From a virus, in the IMG/VR virus record IMGVR_UViG_3300021961_005592, positions 1 through 64,000 of that record: DNA of 64,000 bases; one strand, 5' to 3'. The notes beneath the pieces are model-generated. The model was not told the origin of the DNA. It searched no databases and saw only the letters and a list, made by a program, of their open reading frames with translations. Shown one piece after another: positions 16,013 through 28,700 of the stretch (position 1 is the first letter of the stretch; each line of letters opens with the position of its first letter). The position numbers and the translations under genes were made by a program.

Positions 16013-18772
16013 ATGCCACCACCTAATGTAGTATCAAGAACTAGACTAAGTGATAATCCAATAACTGATGCAGGCCCGTACGAAGCAGTGGTAGTAAGCC
16101 ACTTAGATCCTAGAATGATGGGAAGCCTTGAAGTTGAAATCTTGCGTCATACTAAATCAGGATCTACGCCTTTGAGATCTGGACAGATAGTAACAGTAAG
16201 ATACCTAAGTCCGTTTTATGGTACAACTCCAGTAAACGGTTTAACACCTAACGAAGGATTTCAGCACACTCAAAAAAGCTACGGTATGTGGATGGTACCT
16301 CCTGATGTAGGCACTAGAGTTCTTGTAATATTTGCAGAAGGTAATAACGCATATGGTTATTGGATAGGTTGTATCCCTGAACAAGGTATGAACTTTATGA
16401 TACCTGGCGGCGGTCAAGCCGCAACAGAACTTCATAGAGATGATACACCAGCAAATTTAAAACAAAATAAGTTACCAGTTGGCGAGTACAATAAACTTAT
16501 TGAAAAAGGCGAAAAAGTAGATCCAACTTTGTTTAAAAAGCCGTATAACAAAGACTTTACAGAAGTACTAGAAGTGCAAGGCCTTTTGGGTGACGAACAT
16601 AGAGGAACAACAACTTCTAGCGCCAGACGTGAAGTACCAAGCAGTGTTTTTGGTATCAGCACACCTGGCCCGTTAGACAAGCGAAATAAACATCCTACTG
16701 CAAAATACGGCGCAGAAAATGAACAAATAGACCATCCGTTTAATAGACTAGGCGGTTCTAGCTTCGTTATGGATGATGGCGATGACAAATTTGTTCGTGC
16801 GACGAGTGCAGCAGATGGCCCTCCGATCTATATTAACAAAGAAAAAGGTGAAGCCGGCGGCGACGAAACAATTCCGCAAAATGAACTTATTCGTTTTAGA
16901 ACAAGAACCGGTCATCAAATTCTAATGCATAATAGTGAAGATTTTATCTACATTGCAAACAGTCGAGGAACAGCATGGATAGAATTAACGTCAGATGGCA
17001 AAATCGATGTATACGCATATGACAGTATTAGTATCAGTTCAGATGAAGATATTAATCTTTGTGCAGAAAGAGATATTAATATAGATGCCGGCAGAAATCT
17101 TAACATGCGAGCACAAGCACGTTATTCAGACGGTAAAGAATCTGAGAACGGCATTCCGAGCGGTCGTGTTCAAATTGAAAGTGCATTCTCTACTAATGTT
17201 TCGGCTGGTAAAGATCTTGCATTGTCTATGAAAAATAACATGCATCTAGCACCAGATGAAAATTTTTACATACATGTTAAGGGCGATATAACATTAGTAT
17301 CGGATGCTAGTATAGAATTACATGCAAAAGACAGTATACATCAAAGAGCAGAAAATGGTAGTTTTTATAGACAAGCACTAAGAAGTATTCATGATATTGT
17401 TATTGATCCCGACGATGAAAAGAAAGCAATGGGCTACTACTTAACTGCCCCGTCAATTGATTTTAAAGCAGGACGTTATATTCATTCTACTGCTGGTGCA
17501 GAAATTATTGAAAATGCTGGCGCTAGTATCAACAATAACGCTGGAACAGGAATTCATCTTTCAGCAGCCGCAGGAGTACATTTACTAGGAGGAAGTATTG
17601 TTGCAGGCGACGCCGGCGTAATACATTGGAACAGTGGAGAAGCTGTAGATGGTACTAAAACTAATGCAATACAAGCATTAAAAGTTAGAGCGTCTAATAG
17701 AACTGGTGATGGCACAAGCGGTACTAAAAAAGGCGGCAACGTTTCAAGACCGTCTACTTCTGAAGCACCTACAAAATTAAGACAAATTACATTGCCTTGT
17801 ATTATACCAGGTGCGCAAAATGCTACTACGTTTGATACTATTTGTTCAAGAGTTCCACAACACGAACCTTGGCCTCATCATGAAAATCTAAATCCACAAG
17901 GGTTTAAACCAGACAAAACGGATAGAGAAGCAGCAAATGGACTAGGACTAGTAAATCGTGTGTTAACTCCTGATACTTTCCGCAAGAATTTAGATGGCCG
18001 TGCATCTAGTGTTTATGTTAACATAATTGGTCCATTAAATATACAAGCGTTTGGGAATAACGGCTGTTTAGATCCTGCAGGATTAACAGCAAATCTTGGT
18101 GCTACTCCTGGCGGAGCAAGCGGTGGCGGCACAGGTGGCGCCCAAGGTGCACCTAGTAGTGGTCAAGTTAATGGGTATGGCGGAACTCCTGGAAGTGCAG
18201 AATACAGCGGTCAAGGAGCATTAGCTACTATTACTGGCGGCGGCCGGTCAGTACAGGTTGCAAAAGTATTTCAAAAATACTTCCAAGGATTTATTAATGA
18301 TCTTGAAGCAACAGGATATAAAATTACATCACTTGGCGGCTATTGCAGACGTACAACTTCAAAAGGTCGTTGGAGTTATCATGCTAGCGGCGCAGCTATT
18401 GACATTAATCCTAGAAAAAATCCCATGATCGAGCCAAAACCTGCTAGTGGCCCTGTTACTGATATGCCAATTGATACTGTAAGAGCACTATGTAAGAAAT
18501 GGCATCTTGGATGGGGCGGCGACTGGCGATCAATGACTGATGCCATGCACTTCTCTGCAGCCAAGAAAGAGTACGGCGGTTGGGATATTCCAGCTGATGG
18601 TAGAATACCAACAAGTATAACAGAAAAAGATGTTCCGGGAACAATAACTGAAGGAGCACCAAAAAAAGAAGATGGCGCAGAAAACGACAAAGAAGGAATT
18701 AAGGAAGCAGAAAAAGCAGAAGACGAAGCATGGGATCCACCTCCCTTTACTGAAGATGACTTTAGTGGCTAA
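16013..18772 (+). CDS. gp5: gp5-like baseplate central spike with C-terminal M15 family peptidoglycan peptidase
   Basis: OB-fold region (SYGMWMVPPDVGTRVLVIF, YWIGC), RTRTGHQI, beta-helix repeats, then SYHASGAAIDIN...WGGDW...DAMHF zinc-peptidase motif. Confidence 0.8.
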   Translation: MPPPNVVSRTRLSDNPITDAGPYEAVVVSHLDPRMMGSLEVEILRHTKSGSTPLRSGQIVTVRYLSPFYGTTPVNGLTPNEGFQHTQKSYGMWMVPPDVGTRVLVIFAEGNNAYGYWIGCIPEQGMNFMIPGGGQAATELHRDDTPANLKQNKLPVGEYNKLIEKGEKVDPTLFKKPYNKDFTEVLEVQGLLGDEHRGTTTSSARREVPSSVFGISTPGPLDKRNKHPTAKYGAENEQIDHPFNRLGGSSFVMDDGDDKFVRATSAADGPPIYINKEKGEAGGDETIPQNELIRFRTRTGHQILMHNSEDFIYIANSRGTAWIELTSDGKIDVYAYDSISISSDEDINLCAERDINIDAGRNLNMRAQARYSDGKESENGIPSGRVQIESAFSTNVSAGKDLALSMKNNMHLAPDENFYIHVKGDITLVSDASIELHAKDSIHQRAENGSFYRQALRSIHDIVIDPDDEKKAMGYYLTAPSIDFKAGRYIHSTAGAEIIENAGASINNNAGTGIHLSAAAGVHLLGGSIVAGDAGVIHWNSGEAVDGTKTNAIQALKVRASNRTGDGTSGTKKGGNVSRPSTSEAPTKLRQITLPCIIPGAQNATTFDTICSRVPQHEPWPHHENLNPQGFKPDKTDREAANGLGLVNRVLTPDTFRKNLDGRASSVYVNIIGPLNIQAFGNNGCLDPAGLTANLGATPGGASGGGTGGAQGAPSSGQVNGYGGTPGSAEYSGQGALATITGGGRSVQVAKVFQKYFQGFINDLEATGYKITSLGGYCRRTTSKGRWSYHASGAAIDINPRKNPMIEPKPASGPVTDMPIDTVRALCKKWHLGWGGDWRSMTDAMHFSAAKKEYGGWDIPADGRIPTSITEKDVPGTITEGAPKKEDGAENDKEGIKEAEKAEDEAWDPPPFTEDDFSG

Positions 18773-18781
18773 AAATAAACA

Positions 18782-18789
18782 GGTAAATA
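18782..18789 (+). promoter_or_regulatory. Late promoter GGTAAATA
   Basis: TAAATA core 4 nt before the gp25 ATG. Confidence 0.55.
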
Positions 18790-18793
18790 CAGT

Positions 18794-19228
18794 ATGAGTA
18801 CTTTAGAAAAAAATCTTTATAAAAGAGTTACAGTATCAACTGGACCTCAGAGGGGATCTGTAGGCCGAGCCTACAGAGGTTTCTCTACAGTAAACGAAGA
18901 ATCAGAAGGATTTGCACTATATGATTTTGCTCTAATAAAGCAAGATATCATCAATCATTTTCATATACGTCAAGGCGAAAAGCTATCTGATCCTGCGTTT
19001 GGGACCATTATATGGGATTTACTGTTTGAACCTTTTACAGCACAGGTAAAAGCAGCAATTATTCAAAATGTAACAGAGATAGTTAACTACGACCCTCGTG
19101 TACAAGTAGAAGAAATAATCGTAGATACTTATGAATCTGGAATAACAATAGACTGTACTTTATCATATTTGCCTTATAACATTTCTGAACAAATGCAGTT
19201 CCGGTTTGATCAAGCTGCAATAAAGTAA
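18794..19228 (+). CDS. gp25: Baseplate wedge protein gp25
   Basis: IKQDIINHFHIRQGEK..DPAFGT.IWDLLFEP...YDPRV motif. Confidence 0.9.
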   Translation: MSTLEKNLYKRVTVSTGPQRGSVGRAYRGFSTVNEESEGFALYDFALIKQDIINHFHIRQGEKLSDPAFGTIIWDLLFEPFTAQVKAAIIQNVTEIVNYDPRVQVEEIIVDTYESGITIDCTLSYLPYNISEQMQFRFDQAAIK

Positions 19229-19244
19229 GCAGTTAATTCAAGCA

Positions 19245-19252
19245 GATAAATA
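19245..19252 (+). promoter_or_regulatory. Late promoter GATAAATA
   Basis: Intergenic, upstream of the GAGG RBS of gp6. Confidence 0.6.
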
Positions 19253-19276
19253 TCTAATATAAGCGAGGAAACAGAA

Positions 19277-22200
19277 ATGTCTTCAACTGACAGGCAATCG
19301 AGACTATTAGCAACTGAAGATTGGAAAACAATATACCAATCTTTCCGTAATGCAGACTTCCAGAGTTACGACTTTGACAATCTTCGTCGTACAATGATTA
19401 ACTATCTGCGTCAAAACTATCCCGAAGATTTTAATGACTACATTGAATCGAGCGAATATCTTGCACTAATAGACCTTATTGCTTTCCTTGGCCAGAATTT
19501 AAGTTTCCGTGTCGATCTGAATGCAAGGGAAAACTATCTAGAAACTGCTGAACGCAGAGAATCAGTATTGAGATTAGCACGTTTAATTTCATATAATGCT
19601 ACTAGAAACCAAGCAGCTAATGGTCTTTTAAAAATTGACACTATAAAAACAACTGAGTCTGTATATGACAGTACTGGATTAAATTTAGCTGGTGCTGTTA
19701 TATTATGGAATGATAGAGCTAATTCAAATTATTTTGAACAGTTTATTAAAATTTTAAATTCAGCACTTCCTGTGAACGGTACATACGGCCGCCCAGTCAA
19801 AAGTGAAACAATAGCTAACGTGTTAACGCAACAGTATAGACTTAATACTGCTAACACTGACATTCCGGTTTATCCTTTTACAAAAAATATTGAAGGAATT
19901 AGCACTCGTTTTGAAGTTGTAAGTTCTGATATTTTAAATGGAGCAATCGTTGAAGAGCCGCCGTTACCTGGTAATAATACAGCATTGCTATATCGTGACG
20001 ACGGAGTTGGTGCAGGATCAAATAACACCGGCTTTTTTATGCATTTTCGTCAGGGACGGTTAGATCAAGGCGATTTTACAGTAACTAACCCAGTACCTAA
20101 TCAGGTTATTTCAATCGATGCAGTTAACATTAATAACACAGACGTTTGGCTTTATAGAACTGATTCTAACGGCATAGAATCAGAATTGTGGAATAAATTA
20201 GAAGCAGTTGAAGGTAATAATATTATTTACAACAGTATGTTTAGAGGTGTACGTAATGTATATGCAGTACAAACACGTATAGAAGATAGAATCAATTTAA
20301 TTTTTAGTGACGGCATGTTTGGTAACTTGCCTGCTGGTAATTTTAAAGTATATTATAGAGTAAGCGACAATAAAAACAGTGTTATTAATCCAGGAGCACT
20401 AAACAATATTAATATTGAAATACCCTATATTAGTAGAGCAAATGTTCAAGAAACGTTAACAATTGGACTTAGTTTAAACTATACAGTTATTAACGGATCT
20501 GTTTCTGAAACTAACGAAGAAATCAAAGCCAATGCCCCTGCAACATACTACACACAAAATCGCTTAATTACCGCAGAAGATTATAATATTGGGCCTCTAG
20601 GTATCAGTCAAGACATTATAAAAACAAAAAGTGTAAACAGGATTGCTAGCGGCATTAGTCGTTATTATGATTTAAAAGATGCTAGCGGAAAGTACTCTAA
20701 TACTAGTATTTTTTCTGAAGATGGGGTTATTTACAAAGAAGAATTTAAAAAGAAAACTTCTTTTTCTTTTACAACACAAAGTGATGTTGAAGGAGTAATA
20801 TATAATTTAATAGAGCCAATACTAGCTAGTAGTAATACAAAGAATTTTTACCTAGCAAATTATAGTAGAAGCTTGCTTTCAGATCTCAATTTAACATGGG
20901 ATCAGATATCGTATAGTACAAATAGATGTAGTGGCTTTTTTATTGATTCTGATTTAAGAAGGCAAAAAGTTGGATCATTTACTGCAAACGCATTGCGTTT
21001 TATAGAACCTGGTGCAATGGTAAAATTTACTGCACCTGCTGGCTACCATTTTATGTCCGATAACACCTTAATGGTAGGAGAGCCTGATCATTTTGGCTCA
21101 TCTACATATAAATGGGTTAAAATAGTTAGCGTGTTCGCAGATGGAAGTAGTTATACCGCAGATGGCAATGCTCCAATTACTATAAACGATCTAATACCCA
21201 GTGGTGCTATAATAAGTGAAGTTATTCCAAAACTTTCTCGAGTATTAATTGATGATATTAAATCACAAGTTATTGATCGAGTATTTGCCTATAAAGATTT
21301 TGCACTAAGGTATGATAAAGAAGCCCGCCAGTGGAAGATTATTATAGCAGAGAACATTAATACAGTTAATAATTGGTCTATTGGCAAATCTGGCGACACT
21401 AGCGGTCAAAATCTTGATTCAAGTTGGTTATTACATTTTAAAACAAATGGGGAAGTATATACTATAACTTACAGAAATTTGAGATATATATTTGAAAGTG
21501 CTGACGAGGTAAAATTCTTCTTTGATAGTGCAGATAAAATATATGATCCTAAAACAGGAAAATTAATAAAAGATAAGATATCTGTATTAAATTTAAATAG
21601 AGCGCCTGACTCATTAATTCCCCTGACACACGATTATGACTGGACAATTTCTGATGCTTATCGTGATAAAGACGGATATATTGATGCTAGAAAAATACAA
21701 ATAGAATTTTTTGACAGCGATGATGACGGAATAATAGATAATCCTGATATATTTGAAGATATTGTTAATACTGACGTAAATCCATTAACAAAACTGGTAT
21801 TTCAAAAAAAATATATAACAACTGATAATATTGAAGATTTTAAATATTTTGATAATTCTGCTGGAACAATTATTGTTAAAACAAATGAAACAACAATAGG
21901 TTCGCCTAGCAGTTATAATGACGGACAGATATTTTATCTAGTAGAAGAAGGTGTGTTTAAAGTTTTAAATAAAGAAAATAATAGCATATCTATTACTGTT
22001 GATTACAAAGCATTCTACGGTCGAGATAAATTAAAGTTTCATTATTTGCATGTTGCAGATAGCAATTATAGAATAGACCCAAGTTCAACAAATATAATAG
22101 ATACCTATCTGTTAACTAAAGGGTATGATACGCAAATGAGACAATGGGTAAATGGTGCAGTTGGTACAATGCCTTCTCCGCCTAGCAGCGACCAACTCTA

Positions 22201-22714
22201 CATAAGCTACGGACAAGAGTTAAACAAAATTAAATCAATAAGTGATGAGATTGTTTATCACCCGGTTAAGTATAAATTGTTATTTGGGTCAAAATCAAAA
22301 GAAGATTTGCAAGCTAAGTTTAAAATTGTAAAAAATCCAGGATTAACTATCAATAACAATGAAATAAAATCAAAAGTTATTGAAGCAATTAATCGATTCT
22401 TTAGTATAGAATATTGGAACTTTGGAGACACTTTTTATTTTTCTGAGCTTAGTGCATATATTATGAATACGTTATCACCACAACTAGTTACAGTTGTTAT
22501 TGTACCTGTACAAGATCAACAAGGCTTTGGCAGTTTATATGAAATTAAGTCAGAGTCCGATGAAATTTTCTTATCAACTGCAACAGTTGCTGATGTTGAA
22601 ATAATAGATGAAATAACGGCAACAAACTTAAAAGCATTAGGAAAAGTTGTAACTAGTGTATCATCATCTAACACAGGAGTTCAAAGTGCATCTACTAGCG
22701 GGAGTTCTTATTAA
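19277..22714 (+). CDS. gp6: Baseplate wedge protein gp6
   Basis: DFDNLR, DFNDYIESSE, ENYLETAERRESVLRLA, FSDG.FG, ETNEEIKANAP..YYTQNRLITAEDY. Confidence 0.9.
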   Translation: MSSTDRQSRLLATEDWKTIYQSFRNADFQSYDFDNLRRTMINYLRQNYPEDFNDYIESSEYLALIDLIAFLGQNLSFRVDLNARENYLETAERRESVLRLARLISYNATRNQAANGLLKIDTIKTTESVYDSTGLNLAGAVILWNDRANSNYFEQFIKILNSALPVNGTYGRPVKSETIANVLTQQYRLNTANTDIPVYPFTKNIEGISTRFEVVSSDILNGAIVEEPPLPGNNTALLYRDDGVGAGSNNTGFFMHFRQGRLDQGDFTVTNPVPNQVISIDAVNINNTDVWLYRTDSNGIESELWNKLEAVEGNNIIYNSMFRGVRNVYAVQTRIEDRINLIFSDGMFGNLPAGNFKVYYRVSDNKNSVINPGALNNINIEIPYISRANVQETLTIGLSLNYTVINGSVSETNEEIKANAPATYYTQNRLITAEDYNIGPLGISQDIIKTKSVNRIASGISRYYDLKDASGKYSNTSIFSEDGVIYKEEFKKKTSFSFTTQSDVEGVIYNLIEPILASSNTKNFYLANYSRSLLSDLNLTWDQISYSTNRCSGFFIDSDLRRQKVGSFTANALRFIEPGAMVKFTAPAGYHFMSDNTLMVGEPDHFGSSTYKWVKIVSVFADGSSYTADGNAPITINDLIPSGAIISEVIPKLSRVLIDDIKSQVIDRVFAYKDFALRYDKEARQWKIIIAENINTVNNWSIGKSGDTSGQNLDSSWLLHFKTNGEVYTITYRNLRYIFESADEVKFFFDSADKIYDPKTGKLIKDKISVLNLNRAPDSLIPLTHDYDWTISDAYRDKDGYIDARKIQIEFFDSDDDGIIDNPDIFEDIVNTDVNPLTKLVFQKKYITTDNIEDFKYFDNSAGTIIVKTNETTIGSPSSYNDGQIFYLVEEGVFKVLNKENNSISITVDYKAFYGRDKLKFHYLHVADSNYRIDPSSTNIIDTYLLTKGYDTQMRQWVNGAVGTMPSPPSSDQLYISYGQELNKIKSISDEIVYHPVKYKLLFGSKSKEDLQAKFKIVKNPGLTINNNEIKSKVIEAINRFFSIEYWNFGDTFYFSELSAYIMNTLSPQLVTVVIVPVQDQQGFGSLYEIKSESDEIFLSTATVADVEIIDEITATNLKALGKVVTSVSSSNTGVQSASTSGSSY

Positions 22715-25700
22715 TGGCTAATGAATATCAAAACGAGAACGCACTTCCAATTCCGGGCTCGGACAAAAGAACAGTTTCAGATTTATTACCACGCTTTTTT
22801 AGAACCGAAGCGAACAGAAAATTTTTACAAGCAACACTAGACCAGCTAGTACAGCCAGGCGTTGCTGAAAAATTAAGCGGATATATAGGTCGTAAGAATG
22901 CAAAAGCGTTTAATGCAGCAGACAATTATATAGGTGATGTCACCAAATCAAGAACATCATACCAATTTGAGCCTGCTACTGTTATTAAAGATGAATTAGA
23001 TAACGTTACATTTTATAAAGATTATAACGATTATATATCTCAGCTAAAAATATTTGGAGCCAACGTAGACAATTTAAGTAGGCTTAATAGTCAAGAAACA
23101 TACGCTTGGAACCCAAATATTGATTGGGACAAGTTTACAAATTTCCGTGAGTACTATTGGTTGCCATCTGGTCCCAAACCTGTAAGAGTTGCCGGACAGT
23201 CAAAAGAGGTTGTTAGTACATATACCGTTACTTTAGTTGATAACGGCGATAATACAACATATCTATTCACCCCAGACGGTTTTACAGCAAATCCAACACT
23301 AAAGCTATATAGAGGACAAACATACAGATTTGAAATTAATTGCCCCGGCCATCCGATGGCATTTTCAATTTCTAGAACATTTACTCCGGGCAATGCTGTT
23401 GTAGTTGCAGGTAGAGAAGGAATTCGCGGTGAAGGATTATTTGATGCTCAACTATACGGCAACGATTACGACCTAGGAGAATATATTATTCTTCCAAGTA
23501 GTGGTAGTGTTACGTTTGAAGACGATGCAAACGTTTCAACACTATTTCCTGATGGTATTAGAAAATTAGGAGAAGAAGGGGAAGAAATTGCCAACGTATA
23601 CATTGAAAAAGGAACTATAGAATTTACAATTCCAGAAAACGCACCAGATAGGCTTTATTATATATCAAAGAATAATATCGATACTAGCGGACTAGTTAGA
23701 ATCTATGATATTGAAGAAAATACTGAACTTGATGTTGCTGCTGAGATAGTTGGTAAAAAAACTTATACTAGTGCAAACGGTGTAGAATTTACAAATGGAT
23801 TAAAAATTGAATTTATAGGAGACGTTACTCCAACAAACTATGCTGAAGGATTTTTTTATATCGAAGGCGTTGGTGAAGAAATACAATTAGTACCTGCAAA
23901 AAATTTAGATTTATCAGCACCGTATGCACAAGTTCAGCCAGTGGCATATGATTCGGATCAATTTGATACACTACCGTTCCAAAGTGCAGATGCTTATGCA
24001 GCAAATAAAGACTATATTACTATTAACAGGTCTAGCCCAGATAAAAATTCTTGGTCTAGATACAATAAATGGTTCCACAAAGATGTGTTAGTTAAATCAG
24101 CTGAGTATAACAATAGTCCGTTAGACATTGATGAAAATGCAAGAGCTAAACGTCCAATCATTGAATTTGTTTCTGGATTAAAACTATATAATTTTGGAAC
24201 CTCTGCAAAGAACGACGTATCAGTAGTAGATACAACTACTACTGATGTGTTTTCAACAATTGAAGGAAGTTTAGGGTATAACATTGACGGAGTTGATCTT
24301 GCTGAAGGAATGCGAGTTTTGTTCTTAGCAGATCCTGATCCGCTAGTCAGTGGTAAAATTTTTAGAGTAACTTATATTACTAAAGGAGCAACTAGGCAAA
24401 TAAGTCTAGTTGAAACATTTGACTCCAACCCTAAAGAATTAGAAACTGTTGTTGCATCAAACGGTCAAACTCTACGAGGTAGAGCATTTTATTACGAGCG
24501 CGGCGCTTGGCAACTTGCACAACAAAAATATACTGTAAATCAAGAACCTCTGTTTGATTTATGTTGTCCTCAAGGAAACGCTTATAGTAATTTAGATATT
24601 TTTGGAGAGTCATCTTTTAGAGGTACTAAAGTTTTTAGTTATGCGCTTGGAACTGGAGAAAATGATTCTGAATTAGGATTTCCTTTAAAATATAAAAATA
24701 TTGAAAACAGTGGAGATATATTATTTAATTTTGATTTGTTAAACGATACTATCAAATATATTAATAATAACGAAGTTGTTAGTGTAAACGCATCAGTTGG
24801 AAATTTAAGGAAATATAGAACTAGAACTAATTTTAAATGGGTTAACGGTTGGGCGTCAACGCCTATTATTTCCAAGCAAAAAGTTCTAAGGCAATATGTT
24901 GTTACGGCGGGATTAAATAATAATTTTGAAATTGATGTTTATAACACACCTGCTCTACTCACAGACCTTAGAGTTAACGTATTTGTTAATAATAAAATTA
25001 AAAAAGAAGAGGTTGACTATACACTAGATAGAATTAATAAACGAATTCTTATAAGATTTTTTAACAACTTAGCATTAAATGATGTTGTTTTAATTAAAAC
25101 GCACTCTTCTGAACCTAAAAACGATAATGGTTGGTATGATTTTCCAATTAATTTTGAGCGTAATCCTCTTAATGAAGAAATAGGAAATTTTACACTCGGT
25201 GAAGTTATTGATCATGTTGATAGCATGATTGAAGATTTACAATTATTTGAAGGAGCATTTCCTGGACCTAGTAATTTACGAGACCTCGGAAATGTAAACA
25301 GTTATGGTAAACGATTTGTAAAACATAGCGGTCCTATAAATCTTCCATTGTATCATATTACTGATAAAAATTACAACATTGTTAAAGCTATACAACATAG
25401 CTCAAATGAATATGCAAGGTTTAAAAGAATTTTTGTTGAAACCGCAACAAATCTAGGATATGACGGTCCCGTTCGCGAGCATGTTAACAAAGTTCTAAAA
25501 GAGATTAATTCAGATAAAGTTAAAACCCAACCATTTTGTTATTCAGACATGCTAGAAACTGGAACAACTAGTACAGTTCTAGAATATGAAATTTTAGACC
25601 CTCGAAACCCATACTACCCAATAACTAAAGCATTTAATTTAGATAGTTTAAGCCAACGTGCAATAACAGTTTATCTTAACGGTGAACAACTTATCTATGG

Positions 25701-28700
25701 AAGAGATTATACTTTTTCTGAAACCTATCTACTGCTAGTAAGCCGTCAACAAGAAGGCGATATTTTGCAAATATATGAATCAACCTCTACAGACGGTTCG
25801 TATATACCACCTACTCCAACTAAACTAGGGTTATACCCAAAGTTTCATCCTGTAATTGAGTTTGATGACACAGTAATTGCTACTGAACCAACATCAAACG
25901 GCCCTTTTAAAATTTATGGAGCAGAAGAAACAACAGAAAAACTAGGATGGTTCTATCCTATATATACAAGCCGCCGTGCAGCACAAAACGCAGATTCATC
26001 TAATTCAGCAGAACAAATTTCGTTTCCTGGCTTAAACAGAATATTATATATTCCAACAAATACAAGAACAGTTGCTGGATATGATAATATTGACTATGAA
26101 GAATATCCAGTTGGTGTTGCATTTATTAAAGGACACGACGGGAGCCTAGTTAAAGTATTTAAAGATTACAGAGATAGTTTAATACTTGAACTAGAAAGAA
26201 GAATATTTAACAACATTAAAGTTTCTTATGATGATAGTCAACTTGATATACACAGTTTTGTTCCAGGTAAATTTAGAAAAACAGGTTTTACTAAACAAGA
26301 AATTGATGCTACTTTAAGAAGCAGGTTTGTTATGTGGTCGCAGTTTGTTGAACTCGAATTTTCTGAGCATAACTTCCACGATAGAAATAATCAATTTACA
26401 TTTAATTACTCTGAAATGACCAGTCCTGTTGATAATGCCAAGTTACCTGGATTCTGGAGAGCAGTATACAAAGAACTATATGACACTGACCGTCCTCATA
26501 GTCATCCATGGGAAATGTTAGGATTTACAATTAAGCCGGTATGGTGGAATGAAGTATATGGTCCTGCTCCTTATACTAATAACAATCTTGTTTTATGGTC
26601 TGACTTAGAGAATGGTTATATTCGTGAACCTAATAAGCAACTAAAAATTAAAGATAAATTTGTTCGCCCTGGATTGATAAACTTTATTCCTGCCGACGAA
26701 CATGGTCGCCTACGTTCTCCTATTGCATCAGGTGCAGCTGAAAACTTTTTCTTTAGGTACACACCACAAAGTTGGAAGTTTGGAGACGAAGCACCAGTTG
26801 AAACAGCATGGAGAAGGAGTAGCGATTATCCGTTCGCATTGTTAGAAGCATGGTTAGTTAATCAGCCTGCTCACGTAATGGGTATAGGATTTGATATATC
26901 AAGAACTTTTAAAAATCTAGCTGGACAATATGTTTATGGTCCTACATTAAAAGCAATTACACTTAAAGATTTAGAATTACCTAACACTTATGCCGATACA
27001 ACAAGAATACAGACTTCTGGATTAGTTAATTACATTTATAATCTTGTTGCTGGTAATATTTTAACAGTTTATGATGACTACAAGTATAACTTATCTAGTT
27101 TAACAAATCAACTAGGATTTAAACTAGGAGGGTTTACTGACAAGGAAAAATTAAAATTAGTTTTAGAAAGTAGAACACCTAAAGCAACCGAATCAGATGG
27201 TGTTTTTGTTCCTAATGAAAATTATAAAATTTTCTTAAATGTAAGTTCTCCTATAGAACAATTAAACTACAGCGCCATAATTGTAGAAAAAGTTCCAAGC
27301 GGATTTGTAATTAGAGGTTACAACAGCACTCGGCCTTATTTTGAGTATTTTCCTTATGTGGAAACTAATAATGATCCTGTAGTTAATATTGGCGGAATAG
27401 AAGAAGTCTCAGTTGAATGGGCAGAAGGTAGAGATTATATTAAAGGACAATTAATAGTTCATAATTACAAATACTATAGAGCTACTGCTAATTTTACATC
27501 AGGTAGCTCCTTTATAACTGATAATTTAGCTGTTCTGCCTGAAGCTCCGGTTGTTGGAGGAAAACGAGCTGTTTTTAGAAGAAATTTTAACAAAAAGAAA
27601 TTATTATCTATAGGATACGGAACAAAACTATCTAACTCGCAAGAAGTTGTTGATTTTATTTTAGGCCATAATGCTTATATGAAATCAATAGGATTTTCCT
27701 TTGAATACTTTAACCCTCAAACAGAGTTTGTAGAAAACTGGGATCATGCAGCAAGAGAATTTTTGTTTTGGACCACCCAAGGTTGGGCAGCAGGAACCAC
27801 AATAGCAGTAAGTCCAGGCGCAACACAGTTTACATTAGAAAGCAAATACTCTGTTGTAGACGACATCTTTGATGATTTTTATTCTTATTCGTTAATTAAA
27901 CAAGACGGATTACCGTTGCCTAAAACGTTTATATCTGTATATAGAAATTTAAACACATTTGAAATTAAAACAAAAAACACAACAGATGGTATCTACAGTG
28001 TCGCTTTACCTATTGTACAAAAAGAACATGTAGTGCTATTAGATAATACTACAGTTTTTAATGATGTAATATACGAGCCATCAACAGGTTACAGAAAAGA
28101 AAGAATAAAAGTAATCGGATATCGTTCTGATAACTGGCATGGTGGCTTAGATATCCCAGGATTTATATTTGATCAAGCTGAGGTTACACCTTGGAAATCT
28201 TGGGTTGACTACAATATAGGTTCGTTGGTCAAATATAAAGAATTCTATTATGTTGCCTTATATCCAACTCCAGGCAGTGATGATTTTAATAATTCTTTCT
28301 GGTATAGGCTAGCTGAAAAACCTGAAACAAAACTTTATACAAATTTTGATTACAAAATTAATCAATTTGCTGATTTCTATGATCTTGATTCAGGAAACTT
28401 TGACGCTGAACAGCAACGACTTGCACAACATTTAATAGGATATCAAAAAAGAGAATACCTAAGCAATATTATTACTGATGACATTAGTCAATACAAGTTC
28501 TATCAAGGATTCATTCAAGATAAAGGTACAAAAAATGCATTGACAAAATTGTTCAATCCTTTAAGTACTTCTCAGAAAAACAGTTTTGAGTTTTACGAAG
28601 AGTGGGCAGTACAAGTTGGACGATATGGTGCAGTTGATAATGTAAAGCAAGTTGAATATGTTTTAGACGAAACTAAAATTAAAGAATCTCCGCAGTCTAT

